Part shown: positions 28,597-39,200 of the stretch, piece after piece
Position numbering within the stretch: position 1 is the stretch's first letter
How the letters are laid out: the number at the start of each line of letters is the position of its first letter
Virus record (IMG/VR): IMGVR_UViG_3300005805_000064
Coordinates: 21,268-85,267 of that record
Strand: one strand, 5' to 3'
Length of the DNA: 64,000 nucleotides
Origin: a virus
Taxonomy: Duplodnaviria; Caudoviricetes
The notes under the pieces: generated by a model
Databases searched by the model: none
What the model was told of the DNA's origin: nothing
What the model saw: the letters and a program-made list of their open reading frames with translations, nothing else
Made by a program: the position numbers and the translations under genes

Positions 28597-29386
28597 ATGC
28601 GTTTTCTATTTTACTACAAAAGTCCTTCACATGATAATGAAAAGGATACATTTGCGGTACTGTATTCACTCTTAGTGTATCGGGTAATATTTCATAAACC
28701 AATTCTTTTGTCCAATCTTCTGTTTTAAGATTGTTGATCATTTGTTTCATGTGCACCATGCTAAATTCCTTAAACAAGGGCATAGTAGTTTTTTCAACGC
28801 CTATCATGCTACATGCTATGGCATAAACCCAATCGGTAGTTGCTTCTTCATCTACTTTACATTGTAGTAACTTTTTATATTCATCCCAATTTTCGAATAT
28901 ATTTCTCACCAACTTAAAAAAATGTTCAGCGGTTTCGCTTTTCTTAAAATAAGTTAACGCATTATAACAGTCAGGAAGATTGTTGTTATCTATGAACTTT
29001 CTATAATAGCGCACATCAGATATCCTCTGATTGTAACTTCTAATATGTGTGCTTACCACTACATCGAGTTGTGAGCAAACATCAAAATAATAATCTATAG
29101 GTCGCGGTATATACAAGTCTGCTTCAAGTTTTATAGTATGATCATATGGGCTTGCTTCATAAACTTGCCAGTCATTTATTAGTTTCCATTTACTTTCTTT
29201 TGCTTGATCACCATATGGCAAGGCTATGACACTATCAAAATATGTGCTAGCATCGATGTCGTCCGTTAATAAAGATATATGCATATGAGGCATAGTTTTC
29301 TTTATGCTTCTTGCTAATATTTCTGCACATTTGATGTAATCAATGTCTACAGTATTTTGTGCTAAGATTACAAAACCTCTACTCAT
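28583..29386 (-). CDS. GT-A glycosyltransferase-like protein (GT8/mannosyltransferase-like), tandem paralog of the 29383-30195 gene
   Basis: GFVILAQN...ISLLTD...YEASPYDHTIKLEADL (ExD variant of DxD). Confidence 0.65.
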   Translation of the reverse strand: MSRGFVILAQNTVDIDYIKCAEILARSIKKTMPHMHISLLTDDIDASTYFDSVIALPYGDQAKESKWKLINDWQVYEASPYDHTIKLEADLYIPRPIDYYFDVCSQLDVVVSTHIRSYNQRISDVRYYRKFIDNNNLPDCYNALTYFKKSETAEHFFKLVRNIFENWDEYKKLLQCKVDEEATTDWVYAIACSMIGVEKTTMPLFKEFSMVHMKQMINNLKTEDWTKELVYEILPDTLRVNTVPQMYPFHYHVKDFCSKIENAYGKT

Positions 29387-30195
29387 TTTGTCAACTCCAC
29401 AAATATATCTTTGTTTATGACATGAAAATCCATATTTTTTAATGTGATGTATTCTTTTTTGATTTTACCTCTCATCCATTTATCATATATTACTGTGTAC
29501 TCTGTGCAGAACACATCATCATTATTTTTATATACAAAAGTCTTAGGACCTATATGTGTTAAATTCCAAGGTATGATATCTGATCTGATATCAGCATGTC
29601 CATTAACTATCCTATGTGCTATAGTCAACCCGTAATCATTTCTATAGGTGTCGCATGAGAACTTATGTATATTACCGTAGTGTGGGTAATTCTCTTGAAC
29701 CATCTTCAAGCACTGAAAAATATTCTCTACTCGTTTTGTCTTTTTGAATCCTACAACAGTAGCCCATAATGTAGGTATGGTCAGTTCGTTGCTAAAGTCT
29801 AAATGTTCTTTCTTATCATATTCGTTCATTAAAAAGTTGATAGATTCATGACAACAAAAATCATCCATGACATCAAAAACTTTCATCAGAGTGTCGCTAT
29901 TGACAAGATAATCCACATCTAACAAAATAGTATCGTCATATGGGCTCAGTTCATAACTACGGTAGCGTCCTTTATTTAACCAGACTCTTCCATGAAATGT
30001 GTTGTTGGGATCGCTGTCTATCGTATAGACATTATCAAATTTATAGCCCGTAGTAGTCGCTAATGAATTCTTATCTGTAACTATGCTTACTGGAAGATTG
30101 AGAAAATGATTCACACGCTTGGCAGTAAACTCAGCCATGTGATAGTAATTGTATTCAGGACTATTGAACGCAAAAAGAAGAACACCTTTTGTCAT
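29383..30195 (-). CDS. GT-A glycosyltransferase-like protein (GT8/mannosyltransferase-like)
   Basis: GVLLFAFN...VSIVTD...YELSPYDDTILLDVDYL (DxD). Confidence 0.7.
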   Translation of the reverse strand: MTKGVLLFAFNSPEYNYYHMAEFTAKRVNHFLNLPVSIVTDKNSLATTTGYKFDNVYTIDSDPNNTFHGRVWLNKGRYRSYELSPYDDTILLDVDYLVNSDTLMKVFDVMDDFCCHESINFLMNEYDKKEHLDFSNELTIPTLWATVVGFKKTKRVENIFQCLKMVQENYPHYGNIHKFSCDTYRNDYGLTIAHRIVNGHADIRSDIIPWNLTHIGPKTFVYKNNDDVFCTEYTVIYDKWMRGKIKKEYITLKNMDFHVINKDIFVELTK

Positions 30196-30497
30196 CGCTT
30201 GGTCTCGGTCTCTTTAAACTCTGTAAGATATGATGACATGTTTTCTTGATAGACTGATTTGAGCCTATTCAACAACGATAGCCTGTCAACTTCGACTGGT
30301 CTGTTGTGCGTATCGATGAGTATCAGTTTTTCTGTGTCGAAACTCTGTAAAAGGGTTATTGTTTCTGCGTTAGCAGCCCATAATCCATTTTGATCGGCAA
30401 CTAAAAATTTGTTTTTGTATTTTTCTCTAAGGTAATCTTTAGCAGAATTATGTGCGAATCTTGCTTTTGCTTCGGATAGAAGGCTTTGGATATCCAT
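30192..30497 (-). CDS. Hypothetical protein (101 aa), first gene of the enzyme cluster
   Basis: ORF with an AGAGGAG Shine-Dalgarno and a TATAAATA upstream. ATGA overlap with the next gene. Confidence 0.8.
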   Translation of the reverse strand: MDIQSLLSEAKARFAHNSAKDYLREKYKNKFLVADQNGLWAANAETITLLQSFDTEKLILIDTHNRPVEVDRLSLLNRLKSVYQENMSSYLTEFKETETKR

Positions 30498-30515
30498 ATA
30501 AACTCCTCTTCCGAG

Positions 30516-30523
30516 TATTTATA
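30516..30523 (-). promoter_or_regulatory. T4-type late promoter TATAAATA heading the enzyme cluster
   Basis: Exact T4 late consensus in the intergenic gap, 18 nt upstream of the 30497 start. Confidence 0.75.
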
Positions 30524-30546
30524 TGGTGCTAGACTATGCTAAAAAA

Positions 30547-31494
30547 TTAGGATACGACGTTAGCGCCGGTCAATGAGATAGTACCCCAAGTGTTTGCTAT
30601 GTTAGTTGTTGACGGAGGAACTAATGTGCAAGTCACACTTGAACCGCTACCCAATGTACCATTACCACTAATCTTGTCAAAGATGCAATGTACTGTGACT
30701 ACTGAACCGTTATCACCGTTTGAGCCTTGTACACCGTTGGTTCTTGCTAGATATTGAATCTGAACAGTTGTAGTATATGGTGCTGTGCCTGAGTCTTGGT
30801 CAAATATTGTCGTGTTAGCAGTTCCTAGACCAAAATAACCTGAGTTAGTTGATACTGTTGCTGAACCAGAACCACCTGTCTTTGTGACGCCAGTGTATGA
30901 TGTACCTGCGATAGTGCGTGAACCTGAGTTTTGACCGCTTAGGTTTAATGTACCAGTTGCTGTTGCTAATGTATTCATAGCAGCATTGATACCTGCTTGA
31001 GTATTTGAGTGTGAAGCAGTAAACTTCAACTGTCCACCTGAATTAAAGAAGTAACGAGCAGCATCGCCGTTTGCGAATGTGCAAGTGAATGTGAAGTTAG
31101 CATAGTCAGTCCATGCAGCAGTAGTAGTCTGTGTGTTTGTTGAACTCGAACCTTGCGCCGCAGCATTACCTCTGCTTGCCCAGATTGATGTTAAGTTTGT
31201 AGGAATCGCTGCGATATATGTTACTAGACCACCTGCCACTGGGGCAGTGACGCTTGTGATGCTTGTACCTTGGTGTGCGGCTGCGCTTGCAGTGTTATTA
31301 ACAAGACTAGCCCAACTTGAAGCAGCCACTGCTTGACCTGCTGATACGTTTGCAACAGCAGTCTGGCCATATCCTCCCTGACCACTACCCGTTGCCCAAA
31401 CAGCATTTAGTGTATTAACAGTGCTGGTAGGGTTACCTCCAACCAAATTATTAAAGTCCGATGCTTCAATCAAATTAAATTGTGCGTAACTCAT
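30547..31494 (-). CDS. Virion structural protein (small fibre/collar-type), Gly/Ser/Thr/Ala-rich
   Basis: MSYAQFNLIEASDFNNLVG N-terminus, beta-rich STG-rich composition, own late promoter and SD, and position after the baseplate genes. Confidence 0.6.
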   Translation of the reverse strand: MSYAQFNLIEASDFNNLVGGNPTSTVNTLNAVWATGSGQGGYGQTAVANVSAGQAVAASSWASLVNNTASAAAHQGTSITSVTAPVAGGLVTYIAAIPTNLTSIWASRGNAAAQGSSSTNTQTTTAAWTDYANFTFTCTFANGDAARYFFNSGGQLKFTASHSNTQAGINAAMNTLATATGTLNLSGQNSGSRTIAGTSYTGVTKTGGSGSATVSTNSGYFGLGTANTTIFDQDSGTAPYTTTVQIQYLARTNGVQGSNGDNGSVVTVHCIFDKISGNGTLGSGSSVTCTLVPPSTTNIANTWGTISLTGANVVS

Positions 31495-31523
31495 GTTTTA
31501 AAATTCCTATCAATCTATAGTTT

Positions 31524-31531
31524 TATTTATC
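31524..31531 (-). promoter_or_regulatory. Late-promoter motif GATAAATA
   Basis: Upstream of the 31494 start, with an AGGA SD between them. Confidence 0.65.
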
Positions 31532-32477
31532 TTATTATGACGATTGCTTCTACCTCGCCTGCTTGAGGCGTAAGTTTATCTTCTAGACTTCGTCCTATAG
31601 TGTTAAATGCTGTGGCCTCACCATTTTTAGCCGATCTAGCGATACCGTTACCTGCACTTACTAAGCGGTCTCCCTTATTGACTGTCCCAATGACCTTGAC
31701 TTTGACACGGCCTGAGACTGCTACCGGAGGGTGTGTAGTATCTGTACCGGCACCTGCATTCATAAGATATGCTGCTGTATCAGAAATCACACCAAATACA
31801 TCTTCACTAAGTTCGTAACGAACGGCTCTAATTTCTTTCTCTCCGCCCAATTCAACTACTGTGCCCGGACTCAATTCTGTGTCCGACTCAAATCGTTCTG
31901 CTAAGTCAGCATAAGTTGCTTGTAATCTTGAACCTGTTGTCAATGTCCAATTTCCTGTTATCGATCCCGGGGTCGAGGCGCCGCCTGTAGTTATGATAGC
32001 CGTTGAAACTGTTGTTGCATTGGCTACTGTACAGTTGATGTTACCTGCATTAACATTACCGCTAGCCGTTAATCCAACTGTAGTAATATTGCCGGATACT
32101 GCTAAATTTCCACCTGCTGATATATCTGCGCCTACTGTCAAGTCCGTGCCTATACTCACATTACCGAAACTTGTTGTTCCTGTAGAACTTGTCGCAGTCA
32201 ATGCTAGCCAATTGCTAGTGACTGTCTCGCCGTCGCTTGGGCAGACTAACAATGTATTTGTGTTAGTGTTGAACCATAACTGGCCGCGCAATGGATTTGG
32301 GGGAGGAGTCGTATCCGCGAAATTTTCTAAGACATGCACGAAATTGGTATCTAACACTTGTCCATAACCGGCATAGTTACGACCGGGCAGCCCCAATGAA
32401 GTGCTTGTAGTATTAATCTGTCCGTCAGCGATGGTTGTTAATACTTGTCCGTCGCTTTTAACAATCGTATATGCCAT
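31527..32477 (-). CDS. Tail fibre/spike-like protein with a C-terminal intramolecular-chaperone/autocleavage (peptidase G2/S74-like) domain
   Basis: N-terminal attachment module (LGLPGRNYAGYG...LENFA...PLRGQLWFN), short beta-helix-like repeats, and C-terminal YADLAERF...GVIS...PVAVSGRVKVKV...GDRLVS. Confidence 0.65.
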   Translation of the reverse strand: MAYTIVKSDGQVLTTIADGQINTTSTSLGLPGRNYAGYGQVLDTNFVHVLENFADTTPPPNPLRGQLWFNTNTNTLLVCPSDGETVTSNWLALTATSSTGTTSFGNVSIGTDLTVGADISAGGNLAVSGNITTVGLTASGNVNAGNINCTVANATTVSTAIITTGGASTPGSITGNWTLTTGSRLQATYADLAERFESDTELSPGTVVELGGEKEIRAVRYELSEDVFGVISDTAAYLMNAGAGTDTTHPPVAVSGRVKVKVIGTVNKGDRLVSAGNGIARSAKNGEATAFNTIGRSLEDKLTPQAGEVEAIVIIR

Positions 32478-32497
32478 AGTTTAATATCCGCTAGTTT

Positions 32498-32505
32498 TAT
32501 TTATC
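32498..32505 (-). promoter_or_regulatory. Late-promoter motif GATAAATA
   Basis: In the intergenic gap upstream of the 32477 start. Confidence 0.65.
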
Positions 32506-32506
32506 T

Positions 32507-33121
32507 TCACAAAGTTATCTGATTTGTGAGGCTCTGTATTCTCACTGTATAATCAATCTGTATCTGACGATTTAAGGACTTCTGCACGGGGTGAAAAATA
32601 ACATGAGTCAATAATCTAGTGATTACATTACCGTCACTATCTGTACCGTAATTTGCGAGCAATCCTAATTCGTCAAATATAAAGTCGGAGTCAGTCTGTG
32701 TGCTGTTATCAAATGCCATCTGTCCTGAAGGCTCGCCGTAATCTAATAAGCACTGAACTAATATATCTGTATACAATCTACCTGAAGTATGATTGACTGT
32801 CATCTTATTTCTGGTAGGGTCTTGATTGAATACGCTAGTATCGTCAACAATCTTTGCGTAGGTTTCGTTATAAAGAGCAGCATTTTGCCCAGTTGTGTTG
32901 GGCGGCAAGTAAGTAATAATACCTGTTTCGTCTACGCTAGCACCACCGTTGCCGAAGGCCATCTGATAGATTTCACCGAATCCGCGATTGCTGAGTGTGT
33001 CAGCAAGAGCCTCGCTCATGTTTTCGTAGTTGATGGCATTTTTCTTATCTACGAATACTTCCAAACTATTTGGATCGTAGATTTTCAAAAATCCCTCAAT
33101 CTTATAAGATAGTGTTATCAT
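32507..33121 (-). CDS. Virion/baseplate structural protein (tail-collar/fibre-attachment-like)
   Basis: IYQMAFGNGG...FDELGL...LLTHVIFHPVQKS...IDYTVRI resembles baseplate/fibre-attachment proteins. It lies directly after the giant wedge gene. Confidence 0.55.
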   Translation of the reverse strand: MITLSYKIEGFLKIYDPNSLEVFVDKKNAINYENMSEALADTLSNRGFGEIYQMAFGNGGASVDETGIITYLPPNTTGQNAALYNETYAKIVDDTSVFNQDPTRNKMTVNHTSGRLYTDILVQCLLDYGEPSGQMAFDNSTQTDSDFIFDELGLLANYGTDSDGNVITRLLTHVIFHPVQKSLNRQIQIDYTVRIQSLTNQITL

Positions 33122-33285
33122 TAATCGTCAGCCCTCTTTTGCACAAAAATTTCCTTTGTGTTAGGATCATAAATTTTTACATGTGACGACAGATAAACCC
33201 CATTATTTTCATTGGGCTTTTTCTGCTCGTTTTCCGGTTTTTTATCGTCAGATTCCAATTTTTTTCCTACAGAATTATTTATCAT
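33121..33285 (-). CDS. Small ORF (54 aa from ATG 33285, or 45 aa from TTG 33258) ending HVKIYDPNTKEIFVQKRADD (not in track)
   Basis: Fills the gap between the giant ORF stop (33286) and the next ATG (TAATG overlap at 33121). An AGGA SD lies 7 nt before the TTG. The C-terminus resembles the N-terminus of the downstream gene (FLKIYDPNSLEVFVDKKNA). Confidence 0.7.
   Translation of the reverse strand: MINNSVGKKLESDDKKPENEQKKPNENNGVYLSSHVKIYDPNTKEIFVQKRADD
33276..33283 (-). promoter_or_regulatory. Late-promoter motif GATAAATA
   Basis: Immediately after the giant gene stop and upstream of the TTG at 33258. Confidence 0.6.
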
Positions 33286-36200
33286 TTAAGTCACATCCAC
33301 TTTTAAGAAATCTGCGCCCGCTGTATCTGCGATCTGTAACGGGTCACCCTGTGTCTCGTTATATATGCCCGGTATAGGGTTCCATACACTATTATAGTTA
33401 GGTTGTGTCATCTTGTTATATTCTAACAAACTAAACACGGTAGTGTACTTACCGATATATGGACTAATGATTGACCCCAATACACCGCGCTGAACATTGA
33501 CGATATTGGCAGTCTCGTCCACATTCAAAATCTGCATGTATTCGCCGTTGACATATAGCAATTTACCTTCTAATGAAGTGATAGTTAGATTATCATTGTT
33601 GCTTATCCACGGACCATCTTGTATAGAAACAAATGCCCCTTGACCGCTTGCGCTCAACAATAGATAGTCTTGATCGATCAATTGATTTTTGGTATTGTTG
33701 TACACTTTTACTTGTATAACATCTAATCTATTAGCATTTAATGGTATAGTGCGATATCCAAATACACTAGGTGGTGCTATAGATGTTTGAGTCACATTAT
33801 TGGTTAACTTTGTCGCATCACCCACTTCTATGGCAGTCGCATACTCTCCTACATTCTCACGCAACCAAGTTCTAGTTTCTGTATTAGCACGATAGACATT
33901 TCCCTGACCCGCAACATCTACTATTTGTAGATAAGTCTGTTGATCAGGAGTTGATGATGGCATCATGCTAGTAATTATTACTTCGTCTCCTGGTAATATT
34001 TCTTCTAATATAGAAACATCATTTGCTTCGTGCAATCTTAACTTGCTACTTGCCACGCGCTGTCCTTTAACTGTGACCCATAGGCGATCAACATTGGTCT
34101 GCTCCCATTGAGTGACATTGACGTTCAAGCCTGACTGAACAGACAATGTTTTCGCAACGCCGTTTCTAGTTTCACTGATGCTGAATTTGTCGTTTGCGCT
34201 ATCGATCTCTATCACTTCCTTGATATAGTATTTGGTTCCAGCAACAAGTTCCGGGATGCTAATAGGTTGACCTAGATCGATTCCGGTTTCAGTAAAGTAG
34301 ACAGGCGTTCCTTCTACTAAACCGGTAGCCTTGCCTACAAAGATATATTCATTGTCGCTTGATACGCCGGTCTTATTATACAATACATAATTCTGATTCA
34401 ATGATACATAACCACCACTTATATAAGTATTGATATCAGTTAAAGGTACTGATGCAGTATATGGAATATCTGCGATATATTCATATAGAGCAAACTCTGT
34501 AGCACTTAATACATTGATAGTGAACAACTGACCATTCAACTGGACGGAGCCCAATACATCTTCTATTCTGACGACATCGTTATCACTTAAATTATGTGGT
34601 CTAGTAGTTGTCACTGTGACAGGTAATACAGTGTTATTAACATAGACTATAGGTGTTACTTGCTTACCTGTGTATGTGTTAGTGAACAAGTATTGTCTAT
34701 CCGTATCATTAAATGTTGTAACTGCTATGGTCTGAGAACTAGTTACTGGTGCATTGAATACGAGTGTACCTGTAGTGTAGTTAACATTATATTCTGATGG
34801 AGTTTTTCTTAATCCATCAACTTCAACTATGGCATTTTCTGGATTATCTCCGTCTAAACTGTTAGTTAATGTATAAGGTCCTACAGTACCATTACCTGTA
34901 AATTGCTGTGTCTCTGGAACTGTGTATCCATATTGTACAGGTTCTGTTTCACCGAAGAATGAATATGAGATATAGTCTGTTAACTGATCGTACTGATCTG
35001 CGAACACGATTTTTGCTGTAATCTGATTATCAGCAGGCATAGCAGCATAATCTTGGGTGACGAATATAGCACTTCCTGAGGCGCTATCTACTGTCACTGG
35101 ATTACCGAACTGATCTTTAATGGTGATAGTTGTCGCTGATAATACCTGATCGATATAATAACTAGTTAAAGGTACTATACCGCCGAATATAGTATCACTG
35201 AATGTAATTCTTTGATCCGATGCTAGTCCTGCTGCGCTAAAAATAGTTATAGAATTATTAATAGCATTAGTAGAAATCACATAATTTGCGAATCCTGATG
35301 TTAATTTTTGTCCGTTGTGATACACTGCCGGTTCTGTGTAGAATTCGCCATCGGTTCCTACTTGTACAATGCCGCCACCGTTATAATCTAGATTAGTGTA
35401 ATTGCAGTCCAATGATATTTCATTAAATCCCGTAGATAGGTTGATCTCTATTGGATCATTATCCGTATTTGATTTGACTAATTGATTACCATTTCCTATC
35501 TCATACACATCTATGCGCAGTTGCTGACCTGATGTCAATGGTGATAGTAAAGATACGATTTTGTCGTGCCAGTTAATTTCATAATCTACATTTTCATATA
35601 GCGACACACTTAAACCGTCTGTCAATAAGAACACACTTAGTTGAGCCGGTGTTTGAACAGCACTGCTGAAATCATATTCATTTGATGGTTCTATGTCAAG
35701 TTCTAGTGAAACAACTTTGTAGCCAACATGTGCATATTGATCTGCTGGCCAGTTAGTACCTGGTCTTGTGTTTACAGTCATCACTAGTTGATCTGATACG
35801 ATGCCGGGTACCATTTCTTCTGGACCATAACCGAACATGAACGGATCACCTTGTACAGTATATTCTGTCTGTACTTCTTGGAACACATTAGTGGTTCCCC
35901 ATACTACAGTCGGGGATGTGATGTCGCTAGTTTGTAATACTGTATTGTTATTACCTACTATAGTCCACTGATCTTTTTCAGCCACATATATAACGCTGTT
36001 TAAATTCTCTAATGTTCCACTGGTTACAGTTGTGAAGTTAATACCGTCAGTTGATCTCTTGATCACACCGTTGTTTCCTACTAATACCAAAATTCCATCA
36101 GCGAAATGTATGTCATTATATACGATATCAACTTGAGAAATAGTTGTCCAATTGGTGCTGTCTGAACTATATGCAATTATTTGATCTCCCACTGCATAAA

Positions 36201-39200
36201 TCTTGTCAAACGCTGAAGTAACTGCATTGAATGCCTTATTGAACGGTGCAGTGACTAGCGTCCAAGATATACCATTTAGACTTCTAAATACGATGCCACC
36301 AGTAGGCCTTCTTCCTACTACAATATATCCATTAAAACCAGACGCTGTTACATAGGACACATCGTTTAAAATATTAGTTGCGGTTGCAGCAGGCAATCTT
36401 GCTTGCCAGTTAACTAGATCAGTGCTAGTCACAATGTTAGGATTTACCGCGATCCACAAACCATCGTGGAATGTAACTGCATTAAATGATTGATTTGCGG
36501 CGATCATCTTTATCTTAAAGAAATCAACAACATTTGACGGAGTTCCAAAAGGAACAAAGAATGTATCGGTTCTCCATGTCATTTGATCAGTGCTAGTAAA
36601 CATTGGTATAGGACTGTTAGATGATGTCATCACATAACTATTACCTGCTTTAGTTATATCAGTTATCGATAATGTTTCGTCGGCTAACTTATATAATGAC
36701 CAATCGTTTTGTATTTCTATATCCGCGATAACTCCAGAATAATTAGGTAAATTTGCAGGTGCGATATAATTAGTACCGTTAAATGTTATAGCAGGAATGT
36801 CAACGCCAGTTGCATTAAATGATGAGTTTATCAACTGAGTATCGATAGGATATGATTGATCTGGATTAAACTTATTACCCTTGTAAGTAGTATTAGGATA
36901 TGTCAATCCAGTGAACAACTGCGTGAGATCATTACCAGCCATATTAATATATTGCTGCCATGCTCTAGTATTTGATGGGTCTGGTTTATACCATCCTTCT
37001 GCTCTATCTAATGCGTTTAATCTACCATCACCGGCTGACAATTCTTCCCATTTACCGAATACAAATTCACTGTCGTTATTAGAGACAACGCACAACCATA
37101 CTCTGTTATTATATTTTACTATGCTTGGATTAAAGTAGAACGGTTCCGGCAATACCATAAATGATCCTGCCTTAGCCATAGTCATAGATCCTGAAGCGTT
37201 TGTCGTGATGTTCACTAGATTTGATACACTGCCGGGATCAGTAGTCAAACGAACAGTAGTGCTAGTTGGTTTATCATAGATATAATAAACTTGTCCTAAA
37301 TTTATAGATGCTGAGAACATACTTCCAGTGAATACTACCGGATCATTTATATTAAAGTTTGATGAACTAGTGACTGTAATTCTATCATCGCTCGCGGTAG
37401 CCGCAGTAGCAGTAGTAGTAACATAACCAGTATAAGCGAAGTCTAGCCCGCTGACCGGAGTCTGTAGTAGCGGGTCACTATATACTTCAAATGTATTGGC
37501 ATTTATAACTTTCAGATAATAATCTGTCGTAGTTCCGATCGGTGTTCCTTCTGTTATAAGTTTAGTTATAGATCCGTTGCTTGTCACGGGTAATGACCAG
37601 CTATAAGTTCCGGCTTCTATAGGATTAATTCTAGATACAGTTAAAGTGAGGTCATTAGTAGGACTTGTACCGCCCAACCATTGACCTGAAATAGTGATAG
37701 TGTTATTTTGAGTAAATCCTAATCCACCGTCACTGATCAACACATTATAACCACCTAATACATAACCGATATCAAATGTAGGATCTGCTATGATTTCTTG
37801 ATTCATCTGCACAGAACCGGATTCGTCTGACAATAATACAGTCGCTTGCCCAACGCCTGTCTGCGCAGCATTATTGCAAGTGAAGTTCGCTACATATACT
37901 TTACCAGTGCCTGTACCGGGTCCGGTTGCAGTAAATATCACATCCACTTCGTTAGATGCAGCGCCTACTAGAATGAAATTAGTGTCGCCCACTGTATCGA
38001 TGATATATGTTTGACCTGTAACGAAAGATCCTGCTGATACTAATGTTGAACCTATGCTATCCCAGTTACCGTTACCTGTTTGTTTGATTTGATAATCTTT
38101 ACCAAATGCAAGTTCACCTATATTTTGATATGCCTTGAAAGATGCGCTTCCGGATGCGGTCATTGATCCTGCGCCGGCAATCAGTGATATGGCACCTTGA
38201 CCCTTTTGCTCTGATATAGTAAATGTAGAACTGTTTACCAAATGTCTAACATAATAATCTGTATCTAACTCTAGTCCACCGAATATCAATCCCGTATTAA
38301 ATGTGAACGGCATACCTTCGTATAGACTGTCAGTAGTAAAACTAGAAGACAATGTTACTAGACCGGTGCTTGCCGTTATACCATTGATTGTTGTAGGTAA
38401 ATATGGTTTGTTGAGTGTGTATACTCCTCCTCCTAAACTATCTTCAATATAAGTATTATTTTCTATTCCGGTACCAGTGATAACAGTACCAGGATATATG
38501 CTACCTATCAACGAATTTACAGTCATAGTAAATCCATTGAATGTAGCGTTGAATGTAGCGTTACTAGAAGTGCTGATTACACAAGTAAACGGAATATTTT
38601 GTACATTGTAAGTGTAATATACATTGTCTGGCTCTAAATTACCTATACTATTATTAACTGTAAATGAGAACCCGTTGTATATTTGAGAATTATTACCAGT
38701 TAATGCTATAGTGTTGTCGGACAGTGTATGTTCTATTACCTTTGTGACTAAATTACCATAAGTTAACTTGGGTGCCGTGATATCAGCATAATTATTAGAT
38801 GAAGGGTAGAATGTAAATTTCTGCCCGTCAACCTGTCCGGGACTTACAGGTAATGATATATTCATTGCCGCAATGCCGGTCGCAGTAGTTAAATCTACTG
38901 TCTGATTTTGATTAGTAATGAACGCATAATTTCCTGCGCCAGCTACTTGAGTTGAAGTTATAAATGTGCTTCCACCAGGAGCGGTGCTTATCGTGATAGT
39001 ATTATTGACTCCTATCTCTTTGACATAATAAACAGTCTTAGGAGATATACCTCCGAAGTTAAGAGCCGGACTATTGTTGATATACATAGTGTCAAATACT
39101 ATAGGATCGTTAACTTCAAGCCCGTTAGTAGTCTCTACACCTATATTACCAAATGCATCAGTAGCATAAACTCTTGTGTAAGTTGAATCAGAATTTTCTG

